Shown here piece after piece: positions 36,540 through 47,161 of a stretch of 64,000 nucleotides of DNA. The translations under genes were made by a program, and so were the position numbers. The stretch spans positions 654-64,653 of the forward strand of contig JACQGI010000013.1 in assembly GCA_016199625.1 (NCBI GenBank), given 5' to 3'. The stretch is from Acidobacteriota bacterium (GTDB taxonomy: Bacteria > Acidobacteriota > Vicinamibacteria > Fen-336). Every line of letters starts with the position of its first letter. The first letter of the stretch is position 1. Under the pieces are notes generated by a model. That model saw only the letters and a list, made by a program, of their open reading frames with translations. It did not search any database and was not told the DNA's origin.

Positions 36540-37763
36540 TCAGGTCACGACGGCCTGCTTCGTCCCGCGCTCCCTCCGGGCGTGGACCGAAGCGACGGCG
36601 GCGTCGAGGCGCCCGAGGACGCCGCGCGTCCACCGGCCCTGGAGGGCGCCGAGGTTGGCCAGGAAGGACGGGCGCAGGTAGAAGCGGGCGTACGCCGCCC
36701 TCAGGAGGAAGCGCAGCTCGGCTTCGGCGAGGTGGGGGTGCCTGAACGTCGGCGTGAAGGAGTCGAAGCGCTCCCAGTCCGTCTCGTAGACGAGGCCGCC
36801 CAGTTGGCGCCAGAGCGGCGTGCCGGGATACGGTGTCAGCAGCTTGAACTGGGCGAGGGTGGTCCCCAGGGCGATCGTCTCGTCGATGCGCGCCGCGACG
36901 GCGTCCCAGGTGTCCTCGGGACGGCCGAGGACGCACAGCGCCACGGTCTTGACCCCGAGGCGCCGGCAGTCGTCCACGACGGCGCGGGCCGCGGCCGCGT
37001 CCGAGCCTCCGGCGCCGACACGGAAACGGAGCGCCTGGAGGCCGGCCGCTCTCCAGGCCCCGAGCAGCGCCGCGTCCACGTCGCGAAGGCGCGCTTCCCA
37101 CTCGAAGCGGAGGGAGAGCGGCCGGAGGGCGAGGACCCGGGCGAGCTCCGCGAGACGAGAGCGGTCGCGGGCGAAGGCGTGGTCCCGGAGGACGACCACG
37201 GCGCCGCGGTGGCTGCGCGAGAGAGCCGCGAGCTCCTCGAGGACGTGGGCCACGCTCCGGTGGCGCGGCCGCGAGAAGATCCGATTCGGGCAGGCCTCGC
37301 AGAACTCCGAGCACGTCCGGGTGGCCAGGAGGGGGAGGCGACGCGCCCGGGCGGCCCCCACGAGATCCCAGCGCGGAAACGGGAGCGCCTCGGGCTCGGC
37401 CTCGCGGCTCGCCACGAGGCCCTCGAGGCGCTCGCCTCGGGAGAGGCGGGCGACGGCGTCCTCGGGCTCGCCCTGCACCACGAAGTCGGCGTGGGGCAGG
37501 AAGAGGTCGGGGAGCTTCGACGCGGCGATGCCCACGAACCCCACCCGCGCGCCCCGCGCCCGCATGGCGTCCGCCCAGTGCGTCTCGTTGCGGTGGTCCA
37601 CGATGGAGGACAGGGCGAGGGCGACGTCGCCGTCTGCCAGCTCGCCGCGGGTGAAGCGCACGTCGTGTCCGGCTCGGGCGAGGATCCCCGCAAGGGAGGC
37701 GAGAGTGACGCTGGGCAGGTCGTGAAGGCGCCGCTTGGCGTGCCCTGCGACGCGCGCCACCAC
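36540..37763 (-). CDS. B12-binding-domain radical SAM protein (true start probably further upstream)
   Basis: 407-aa ORF with the CSEFCEAC (CxxxCxxC) cluster and a Rossmann-like N-domain (SVTLASLAGILARAGHDVRF). The in-frame upstream sequence looks coding as far as the CTG at 37856. Confidence 0.8.
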   Translation of the reverse strand: MVARVAGHAKRRLHDLPSVTLASLAGILARAGHDVRFTRGELADGDVALALSSIVDHRNETHWADAMRARGARVGFVGIAASKLPDLFLPHADFVVQGEPEDAVARLSRGERLEGLVASREAEPEALPFPRWDLVGAARARRLPLLATRTCSEFCEACPNRIFSRPRHRSVAHVLEELAALSRSHRGAVVVLRDHAFARDRSRLAELARVLALRPLSLRFEWEARLRDVDAALLGAWRAAGLQALRFRVGAGGSDAAAARAVVDDCRRLGVKTVALCVLGRPEDTWDAVAARIDETIALGTTLAQFKLLTPYPGTPLWRQLGGLVYETDWERFDSFTPTFRHPHLAEAELRFLLRAAYARFYLRPSFLANLGALQGRWTRGVLGRLDAAVASVHARRERGTKQAVVT

Positions 37764-37866
37764 GGAGAACGGCTTGAGGCGCGAGCCGAAGCCGGCGCCG
37801 CCGCCCTTGTGGACGAAGCCCTCGCGGGCCTCGATGTCGGCGAGGACGACCCTCAGGCGGTCGCTC

Positions 37867-39468
<1,602 letters not shown>

Positions 39469-39476
39469 CGCTCCTC

Positions 39477-41615
39477 CTAGAGCGGGATCCAGCGGCTCGC
39501 CGCGATCATGAAGAGGACGCCCAGGAGCATGGCCCAGGCGTAGTGCTGGACGAGGCCGTTCTGCACCGCACGGAAGAGATAGCTGAAGTTGTCCAGGATG
39601 AAGGCCGTGAGGTTCACCGCTCCATCCACGAACCAGCGGTCGAAGAAGTCCGAGAGCTTCGCCACCATGTCCCGGGTCGCCCACGCCACCCCGTTCACCC
39701 CGAGGCCGGGCCGCACGTCTCCGTCGCCGCCGTCCACGACGAGGCGGTCCATGGTGTGGAGCGCCCCGCCGCCGCCGAGGGCCACGCCCCGGACGAAGAT
39801 CGCGCCGTACAGCTCGTCCACCCAGTACTTGTTCAGGAGCAGGCGGTGGGGCCCGGCGAGGGAGGTGGCCAGGCCCTCGGGGATCTCGGGGCGCGACTTG
39901 TAGAAGTGCCGTCCGACCACGATCCCGGCGAGGCCCACGAGGACGCTGGCACCCATGAGCCCCCACTCCACGCCGGGGCCGGGAACGGGCGCCTCGAAGA
40001 CGCCGGCCAGCGCGTGATGGGCCGGCTCGAGGACCGGGTGCAGGAAGTGCTCGAACAGGTTGGGCAGCCCCGTGACCGCGGGGATCCCGAGGTAGCCGGC
40101 CAGCACCGACCCGCCGGCGAGAACCAGGAGCGGCACGGTCATCGTCCGGGGAGACTCGTGGACGTGGTGGGCCTGCTCTTCCGTCCCGCGGAAGCTCCCG
40201 TGGAACGTCATGTAGAAGAGCCGGAACATGTAGAAGGCGGTCATCCCCGCCGTCACGAGGCCGATGCCCCACACCCAGCGCCCGTAGTCTCCGATCTTGT
40301 ACGCCGACCAGAGGATCTCGTCCTTCGAGAAGAAGCCGGAGAGGAACGGCACCCCCGCGATGGCCAGGCACCCGACGAACATCGTCAGGTGCGTCACCGG
40401 CATCTTGTCCTTGAGCCCGCCCATCTTCCTCATGTCCTGCTCGCCCGACATGCCGTGGATGACCGAGCCCGAGCCGAGGAAGAGCAGGGCCTTGAAGAAG
40501 GCGTGGGTCATGAGGTGGAAGATGCCGGCGGCGAAGGCGCCGACGCCGCAGGCGAGAAACATGTAGCCGAGCTGGGAGACCGTCGAGTACGCCAGCACAC
40601 GCTTGATGTCGTTCTGGACGAGGCCGATGGACGCCGCGAAGATCGCCGTCAGGGCGCCGACCACGGCCACGACGAGCATCGCCTTGGGCGCGTGGGCGTA
40701 GATCGCCGAAGAGCGCGCCACCATGTAGACCCCCGCCGTCACCATGGTGGCGGCGTGGATCAGCGCCGAGACTGGAGTCGGGCCCTCCATGGCGTCGGGG
40801 AGCCAGACGTAGAGGGGCAACTGGGCGCTCTTGCCGCACGCGCCGACGAAGAGCAGGATCCCGATGAGGGTGAGCGTCCCGGTCCAGGCATGCTCCACGG
40901 GCATGTGGCGCGCGCCGATGGCGTCCACGATCGTCCGGAAATCCAGGCTCCCGAACGTCACGAAGATCAGGAAGATCCCCAGGAGGAAGCCGGCGTCACC
41001 GATGCGGTTGACGATGAACGCCTTCATCCCGGCGTCGGAGGCGCTCTGCTTGGCGAACCAGAAGCCGATGAGCAGGTACGAGCAGAGGCCGACCCCCTCC
41101 CAGCCGACGAAGAGGACGGCGTAGTTCGCCCCGAGGACGAGGGTCAGCATGGCGAACATGAAGAGGTTCAGGTACGCCATGTAGCGCGCGTAGCCGGGGT
41201 CGTGACCCATGTAGCCCACGGAGTAGACGTGGATCAGGAGCCCGACGAACGTGACCACGAGGATCATCACGGAGGAGAGCGGGTCCACCTGATACGCCCA
41301 GTCCACCGAGAAGGGCAGAAGCCCCGAAGACGTCTGGGCGGCTCCGCCCGGCAGCCACGTCCAGAGGGTCTCGACGATCGTGTGGTCCGGCGCCGCGTGA
41401 GCCTCGAGTGCCGCGTACACGGAGACGAGGAACGCGAGGGCGACGGTCCCGCACGCCACGAGGCCGACGAGGGGCGAGGGGGTCGCGTGCTCCCCGTGCC
41501 CTCCGCCGTGGTCGTCGTGGCCGTGGCCGCGGCGGCCCAGGACCCGCACCCCGATCGTGAAGTTGAAGAGGAACCCCACGAGCGGCAACAGCGGGATCAG
41601 GAAGATGTATTTCAT
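39477..41615 (-). CDS. nuoL: NADH-quinone oxidoreductase subunit L (antiporter-like, with lateral-helix C-terminus)
   Basis: 712 aa with WEGVGLCSYLLIGFW, WLPDAMEGPTPVSALIHAATMVTAGVY and AYSTVSQLGYMF. The C-terminal NKYWVDELYGAIF region is typical of NuoL/NdhF. Confidence 0.9.
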   Translation of the reverse strand: MKYIFLIPLLPLVGFLFNFTIGVRVLGRRGHGHDDHGGGHGEHATPSPLVGLVACGTVALAFLVSVYAALEAHAAPDHTIVETLWTWLPGGAAQTSSGLLPFSVDWAYQVDPLSSVMILVVTFVGLLIHVYSVGYMGHDPGYARYMAYLNLFMFAMLTLVLGANYAVLFVGWEGVGLCSYLLIGFWFAKQSASDAGMKAFIVNRIGDAGFLLGIFLIFVTFGSLDFRTIVDAIGARHMPVEHAWTGTLTLIGILLFVGACGKSAQLPLYVWLPDAMEGPTPVSALIHAATMVTAGVYMVARSSAIYAHAPKAMLVVAVVGALTAIFAASIGLVQNDIKRVLAYSTVSQLGYMFLACGVGAFAAGIFHLMTHAFFKALLFLGSGSVIHGMSGEQDMRKMGGLKDKMPVTHLTMFVGCLAIAGVPFLSGFFSKDEILWSAYKIGDYGRWVWGIGLVTAGMTAFYMFRLFYMTFHGSFRGTEEQAHHVHESPRTMTVPLLVLAGGSVLAGYLGIPAVTGLPNLFEHFLHPVLEPAHHALAGVFEAPVPGPGVEWGLMGASVLVGLAGIVVGRHFYKSRPEIPEGLATSLAGPHRLLLNKYWVDELYGAIFVRGVALGGGGALHTMDRLVVDGGDGDVRPGLGVNGVAWATRDMVAKLSDFFDRWFVDGAVNLTAFILDNFSYLFRAVQNGLVQHYAWAMLLGVLFMIAASRWIPL

Positions 41616-41641
41616 CGGCCGAGGGTCGAGGGCCGGCCGAT

Positions 41642-41668
41642 CTTATAGAGGCCCGCCGGGAGCGTCAA
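41642..41668 (-). promoter_or_regulatory. weak candidate sigma70 promoter upstream of nuoL
   Basis: On the minus strand: TTGACG (41668..41663), a short 15-nt spacer, TATAAG (41647..41642). It lies in the mog-nuoL gap. Confidence 0.3.
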
Positions 41669-41677
41669 GCACGCCGC

Positions 41678-42190
41678 TCAGTCGTGGCGGGTCTTCCCGG
41701 CGAGCAGATCGAAGGCATGGGGCAGCAGCGGGGCGAGAGCCTCGAGGCCGTCCCGCACCCCCTTCGGGCTCCCGGGGAGGTTGATCACCAGGGAAGCGCC
41801 GACGGTCCCCGCGAGGCCGCGGGAGAGCGCGGCCAGGGGCGTTCTCTGCGCGCCGTGAGCCCGGAGTCGCTCGGCCAGGCCGGGGGCCTCGCGCTCGAGG
41901 ACGTCCCGTGTGGCCTCGGGCGTCACGTCGCGCGGCCCGAGGCCCGTCCCGCCCGTCGTGACCACGAGCGGGGCGGCCGACGCAGCCTCGCGGATCGCGC
42001 GGCCGATCGTCCCGCGCTCGTCGGGCACGACAACGGGCCCCGAGACCTCGAGCCCCGCCTCCCGGAGCAGGCGGCAGGCCTCGGCCCCCGACACGTCCTC
42101 CCGCTCACCGCGGGCGGCGGAGTCGCTGACGGTGATCACGACGGCTCTGGGCACTGTGGCCCCCGCGTTGACGCCCCGGACGGGCGGCAC
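41678..42190 (-). CDS. mog: MogA/MoaB-family molybdopterin adenylyltransferase
   Basis: 170 aa with [26 protein letters not shown] and INLPGSPKG. The start may instead be the internal GTG at about 42154. Confidence 0.8.
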   Translation of the reverse strand: MPPVRGVNAGATVPRAVVITVSDSAARGEREDVSGAEACRLLREAGLEVSGPVVVPDERGTIGRAIREAASAAPLVVTTGGTGLGPRDVTPEATRDVLEREAPGLAERLRAHGAQRTPLAALSRGLAGTVGASLVINLPGSPKGVRDGLEALAPLLPHAFDLLAGKTRHD

Positions 42191-42197
42191 CTATAGT

Positions 42198-42213
42198 GGG
42201 AACGATGATAGCC
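42198..42213 (+). promoter_or_regulatory. weak sigma54-type (-24/-12) promoter candidate upstream of the VWA pair
   Basis: GGGAACGATGATAGC has GG (42199-42200) and GC (42211-42212) separated by 10 nt. About 8 of 12 consensus positions match. The predicted +1 is about 16 nt before the ATG at 42240. Confidence 0.3.
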
Positions 42214-42239
42214 CGGGCGGGGGCGAGCGAGGCGGTGCG

Positions 42240-43079
42240 ATGCGGGTGACGGGGCTCCTGACGTTTCTCCTGCTGCAGGCGACGGCCCCTGCGCAGACGA
42301 GGTCCGTGGCGGTCGCGGTCACCGACGAGAAGGGGGCGCCCGTCCGCGGTCTGACGCGCGAGGAGGTCGTGGTCCTCGAGAACGGCGTGGCGCGCGACCT
42401 GGTCCGCATCGATCCCGACGACCGGCCCCTCACCCTGGCGGTGCTCCTCGACACGAGCCAGGCCATGGGGTCGTCCTACCGCCTGCACGTCGTGGAGGCC
42501 GTGACCCGTTTCCTGACCCGCGCGCCCGAGGGCGCGCGCTTCGCGGTGTGGACGACCGGCGACCGGCCGACGAGGGTCGTGGACTATACCGACGACGCGG
42601 CCGCCGTGGCCAAGGCCCTGAGGCGCGTCGCGCCGCAGGGGGGCAACACCGTCCTCGACGCCCTCGTCGAGGCCTCGAGGGACCTGGGGAAGCAGGAGGG
42701 CCGGCGGACCGCCGTCCTCGTGGTCACGGGCCTGGGCGTCGAGTTCAGCAACCGGGACAAGCACCGCGTCGTGGACGAAGCGGCCGGCAACGCCGACGTC
42801 TTCCACGCCGTCCAGGTCGAGGAGGGCGAAGCGCGATTCGAGGACCGGCAGCGCTACGAGTTCGCCCTCGCCGGCCTCGCGCGGCGGACCGGGGGCCTTC
42901 ACGAGAGCCTGTTGTCGTCCATGGGCGTCGATGCGGCCCTGACGAAAGTCGCCGCCGATCTCGCGTCCCGCTACCGCCTGAGTTACGCCAGCCTGCCCGA
43001 GGTGACGAAGGCGAAGGTCGAGGTCCGCGTGGCGCGCCCCGGCGTCCGGGTGCGGGTGGCCCGCGGGGAGGACCGCTGA
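42240..43079 (+). CDS. VWA domain protein (acidobacterial VWFA-related type)
   Basis: C-terminal 279 aa of ORF 41910..43079, from the ATG at 42240. It has a signal peptide, VAVTDEKGAPVRGLTREEVVVLENG, and the MIDAS-like motif LLDTSQAM. Confidence 0.75.
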   Translation: MRVTGLLTFLLLQATAPAQTRSVAVAVTDEKGAPVRGLTREEVVVLENGVARDLVRIDPDDRPLTLAVLLDTSQAMGSSYRLHVVEAVTRFLTRAPEGARFAVWTTGDRPTRVVDYTDDAAAVAKALRRVAPQGGNTVLDALVEASRDLGKQEGRRTAVLVVTGLGVEFSNRDKHRVVDEAAGNADVFHAVQVEEGEARFEDRQRYEFALAGLARRTGGLHESLLSSMGVDAALTKVAADLASRYRLSYASLPEVTKAKVEVRVARPGVRVRVARGEDR

Positions 43080-43081
43080 GC

Positions 43082-44002
43082 ATGCGACGCGCCGCAGCAG
43101 CAATCCTGGTCCTCCTCGCTGCGCGGCTCGCCGCCCAGACCCCCAGCCCGCGCCCCCCGACCTTCGAGGTGGGGATCGAGGTCATCAACCTCACCGTCTC
43201 GGTGACCGACCCCCGCAGCCGCTACGTCACAGACCTCGCCGACGAGGACTTCACCGTCTTCGAGGACGGCGTCAAGCAGGAGCTCACGCTCTTCACCCAC
43301 GAGAACCTGCCGATCTCCCTCGCCCTCATGATCGACACCTCGGCCTCGATGGACGAGAAGCTCGAGCAGGCCCAGATGGCCGCCGTCCGTTTCGTCCGGA
43401 CGCTGCGCCCCCAGGACCGCGCCCAGGTGGTCCAGTTCAACGACCGCGACACCGTGCTCCAGGAGTTCACCGCCGACCACGAGGCCCTCGAGACCGCGGT
43501 CCGCCGCACCCATGCCGCGGGCCCCACGGCGCTCCACAACGCCCTCTACGTCGCCCTGAAGAGCCTCGCCAAGGAGAAGAAGGCCGGGGAGCTGCGCCGC
43601 CGGGCCATCGTCCTCCTGTCCGACGGCGAGGACACGGCGTCCCTCGTGTCCGACGATCAGGTGATCGAGCTGGCACGGAAGACCGAGATCGCCATCTACT
43701 CGATCAGCCTGCGGGGCCGGCGCCCGAGCGACCGGGAACGCCTGGCCTTCAGCCAGGCCGCCCACCTCCTTTCGGTCCTCGCCCGCGAGACGGGCGGCCA
43801 GGTGTACTTCCCCAACTCGATCTCCGAGCTCGACACCGTCTACGACCGCATCGCCGAGGAGCTCCGGACCCAGTACAGCCTGGGTTACGTGTCCAACAAC
43901 AAGCGCCGCGACGGGAAGTGGCGGAGGATCGTGGTTCGGACCCTGAGCCGCGACGAGCTCCAAGTGCGCCACAAGCTCGGGTACTACGCCCCGGCGAGCT
44001 AG
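43082..44002 (+). CDS. VWA domain protein (acidobacterial VWFA-related type)
   Basis: C-terminal 306 aa of ORF 42548..44002, from the ATG at 43082. Motifs FEVGIEVINLTVSVTD...DFTVFEDGVKQEL, MIDAS MIDTSASM, and VLLSDGEDT. Confidence 0.8.
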   Translation: MRRAAAAILVLLAARLAAQTPSPRPPTFEVGIEVINLTVSVTDPRSRYVTDLADEDFTVFEDGVKQELTLFTHENLPISLALMIDTSASMDEKLEQAQMAAVRFVRTLRPQDRAQVVQFNDRDTVLQEFTADHEALETAVRRTHAAGPTALHNALYVALKSLAKEKKAGELRRRAIVLLSDGEDTASLVSDDQVIELARKTEIAIYSISLRGRRPSDRERLAFSQAAHLLSVLARETGGQVYFPNSISELDTVYDRIAEELRTQYSLGYVSNNKRRDGKWRRIVVRTLSRDELQVRHKLGYYAPAS

Positions 44003-44008
44003 AGCCTC

Positions 44009-45781
44009 GTGCGCCGCCCCGCGTTCGGCGCCCTTCTCCTCGCCATCCTGGGCCTCCTCACGGCGACGGAGCTCGCCCTCGGCACCCTCGTCTACCGCCG
44101 GCTCCGCGAGGCCCTCGAGGCCGACCTCGGCCGCAGGCTCGTCCACGTCTCGCAGCTCCTGGCCACGGGGGTCGATGCGCCGCTCGTCGACCAGTTCCGC
44201 GACGGCGACGAGGCCCTGGCGGCGTACGGGATCGTCCGCGAGCGCCTCGCGGCCCAGGCCCGCGCCGCGGGCGTCGAGCGCGCCTACGTCTTCGACCGCG
44301 CCCTCGCGACCCGGCTCGACACCGGGCCGAAGGCCCCCGGATCGGCTCTCTACGCGCTCCTGGCCAACCGGCTCGAAGTGGAGTCGGCGGCCGCCGGCCG
44401 CGCCGCCGCGACGCGGCTCTACCGCGGCGAGGACGGGAGCCTGCGCCTCTCGGCCTTCGCGCCCGTCGTCCGTGAGGGCGGCGTCGGGCTCCTCGTCGGC
44501 GTGGACGCCAGCCCCGACTTCTTCGCCTCCCTCGCGGCGCTACGCCGGCAGATGCTCCTCCTGGGCGGCGCGAGCCTGGCCGTGGCGGGCCTCGCGGCGA
44601 TGCTCATCGTCCGCCAGGTGGGCGAGAGACTCGGCCGTGTCCGCCGCGCCGTGTCGCGGGCCACCCGCGGCGACCTCACGGCACGGGCCGAAGTGGCCGG
44701 CGCCGACGAGATCGGCGCCCTGGGCCGGGATCTCGACGCGATGATCGCCACGATGGTCGACGCCCGGGACCACTTCGCCGCGGTCCTGGGCAGCCTCGAG
44801 GCCGCGCTCCTCGCCACGGATACCTCGGGGGTCGTGACCGTGGCCAATGCCAGCGCGCGTCGGCTCCTGGGCCGCGACGACCTCCTGGGACGACCCCTGA
44901 CCGAGGTCTGCGCCGACGAGCCGGCCCTGGGTGCTTTCGTCCGGGTCGCCCTGGCCGGCGGCCAGACGGCCGGCGCCGAAGTCGCCCTGGGCGGCGGCCT
45001 CCCGGCCGGCGGTCGCGTCGTGGCGGCGAGCGCGAGCCCCCTCGTCCGTTCCGGGGAGCGGGCGGGCCTCGCCCTTTCGCTCCTCGACGTGACGGAGCTG
45101 CGCCTCCTCGAGCGACGCGCACGGAGCAACGAGCGCCTGGCGGCCCTCGGCGGCATGGCGGGTGGGCTGCTCCACGAGATCCGCAACCCACTGGCGTCGA
45201 TGATGGTCTACCTCGACCTGCTCCGTGCGCCCCTCGCGGGCGAGGCCGAGCCGCGCGAGGTCCTCGACCGGGCCATCGCCGACGGCGAGCGGCTCGCCCG
45301 GTTCCTCGAGGACTTCCAGATCTTCGCCGGGCTCCGTCCGCTGCGCCTCGAGACCGTGGACCTCCCGAGGGCGGCACGCGCCGTCGCCGCCGCTCTCGCC
45401 TGGCCGCCGGCGGTGGCCTGCTCCGTGCAGGGCGAAGACGGTGTGGCCCTCGTCGCGGACCGGCGGCTCCTCGAGCACGCCCTCCGGAACCTCCTGCGGA
45501 ACGCCCTCGAGGCCCTGACGGAGCGCGGTGGCCGGGTGGACGTCGTCGTGGCCCGGGAGGAGGGCGTCGTCGTCGTGGGAGTGACCGACGATGGACCGGG
45601 GATCCCGGCCGAGGAAGTCGAGCGGATCCTGGACCCCCTGTTCACCACGAAGAGCCGGGGGACGGGGCTCGGCCTGAGCATCGTCCAGCGGGTGCTGGAG
45701 CTTCACGGGGGGACGCTGCGCGTCGAGTCTCCCGCAGGGGGAGGCGCTTCGTTCCGGCTGCGCTTCCCGGCACCCAGCTAG
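44009..45781 (+). CDS. sensor histidine kinase (periplasmic domain-HAMP-PAS-HisKA-HATPase, NtrB-like)
   Basis: 590 aa with two TM helices, a HAMP domain (GDLTARAEVAGADEIGALGRDLDAM), H-box LLHEIRNPL, N-box LRNLLRNALEA and G-boxes DDGPGI/GTGLGL. Confidence 0.85.
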   Translation: MRRPAFGALLLAILGLLTATELALGTLVYRRLREALEADLGRRLVHVSQLLATGVDAPLVDQFRDGDEALAAYGIVRERLAAQARAAGVERAYVFDRALATRLDTGPKAPGSALYALLANRLEVESAAAGRAAATRLYRGEDGSLRLSAFAPVVREGGVGLLVGVDASPDFFASLAALRRQMLLLGGASLAVAGLAAMLIVRQVGERLGRVRRAVSRATRGDLTARAEVAGADEIGALGRDLDAMIATMVDARDHFAAVLGSLEAALLATDTSGVVTVANASARRLLGRDDLLGRPLTEVCADEPALGAFVRVALAGGQTAGAEVALGGGLPAGGRVVAASASPLVRSGERAGLALSLLDVTELRLLERRARSNERLAALGGMAGGLLHEIRNPLASMMVYLDLLRAPLAGEAEPREVLDRAIADGERLARFLEDFQIFAGLRPLRLETVDLPRAARAVAAALAWPPAVACSVQGEDGVALVADRRLLEHALRNLLRNALEALTERGGRVDVVVAREEGVVVVGVTDDGPGIPAEEVERILDPLFTTKSRGTGLGLSIVQRVLELHGGTLRVESPAGGGASFRLRFPAPS

Positions 45782-45793
45782 ATCGGAGGGACC

Positions 45794-47161
45794 ATGGCGA
45801 GGATCCTGGTCGTGGACGACGAAGCGGCGCTGCGCGACTCGCTCGTGCGCACCCTGTCGGGGCAGGAGCACGAAGTGGAGGCGTGCGCCGACGGGGCCAC
45901 GGCCATGGCGCGGCTCGAGCGCGGCCGGTTCGACCTGCTCCTCACCGACATCCGTCTGGGGGAGCGGAGCGGCCTCGACCTCGTGGCCGAGGCGCGGCGC
46001 GCCTCGCGTGCTCTCCGGATCGTCGCCATGACGGCCTTCGGCTCCGTGGACGTCGCCGTGGAGGCCATGCGCCGCGGCGCCGACGACTTCGTCGAGAAGC
46101 CCTTCCGTGCCGACGCCCTCACGGCGCGCCTCGAGCGTGTGCTCGAGCCCGCGCGCCTCGCCGGCGAGGTGACCCGACTCCGCCGGGAGAACGAGGCCCT
46201 CCGCGACGAGCTCACGGCGGGCGTGGCCGAGGAGGTGCTGGTCGGGAGCTCGAAGGCCCTGGCCCGCGTCCGGGAGCTTGTGGACAAGGTCGCCCCCACG
46301 ACCGCGACGGTGCTGATCCGCGGCGAGACGGGGACGGGCAAGGAGCTCGTGGCCCGGCGCATCCACCGGCTGAGCGGGCGGGCCGAGAGGCCCTTCGTGG
46401 CGTTCAACTGCGGCGCCGTGGCCGAGTCCCTCGCCGAGAGCGAGCTGTTCGGCCACGAGTAGGGGGACTTCACCGGCGCCGACCGCATGCGATCGGGACG
46501 CTTCGAGCTGGCGGACGGCGGGACGCTGTTCCTCGACGAGATCGGAGAGATGGCCCCGGCCTTGCAACTGAAGCTTTTGCGGGCCCTGCAGGAGAGGGCC
46601 TTCGAGCGCGTGGGAGGCGCGGCGACGGTGTCGGTGGACGTCCGCGTCGTGGCGGCGACCCACCGCGACCTCGAGACCGCCATGGGCGAGGGACGCTTCC
46701 GGGAGGACCTGTACTACCGCCTGAACGTCGTGAGGATCGACGTCCCGCCGCTCCGCGCGCGGCCCGAGGACGTCCCGGCCCTGGTCGAGCACTTCCTCGC
46801 TCGCTACGGCTGCCGGGACGGCGGGCGCGTGGTCTCGATCACCCCCGAGGCCCGAGCCGCCCTCCAGGCCCACCCCTGGCCCGGGAACGTGCGGCAGCTC
46901 GAGAACGTGATCCACCGCGCCACCATCCTCTGCGAGAGCGACACGATCGGCGTCGAGGACGTGGCCCTCGAGCTCTCGAGCCCCGTGCCGGAGACCGGCG
47001 GAAGCCTCGACCTGCGCGCTGCGCTGGACCGCGTCGAGCGCGACCTCGTCGCCCGCGCCCTGCGCGAGCACCACGGCAACCTGACGGCGGCGGGGCGCGC
47101 CCTGGGCATCGACCGCAACCTCCTGCGCTCCAAGCTCCGCAAGCACGGCCTGCGCCCGTGA
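45794..47161 (+). pseudogene. NtrC-family sigma54-dependent response regulator interrupted by one in-frame TAG
   Basis: Track ORFs 45794..46462 and 46487..47161 are in the same frame. REC (DLLLTDIRL), Walker A GETGTGKE, then ...ELFGHE-TAG(46460-46462)-GDFTGA..., Walker [10 protein letters not shown] and a Fis-type HTH. Confidence 0.8.

Noticed and set aside
46460-46462. The in-frame TAG as programmed recoding (pyrrolysine or another sense reassignment), since it sits at a Lys position.
   Set aside because: TAG is used as an ordinary stop by several genes in this window, including the ABC ATPase at 4608-4610, the VWA gene at 44000-44002 and the kinase at 45779-45781. No pyl genes or methylamine methyltransferases are visible. 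A nonsense mutation or a sequencing error is the simpler explanation.
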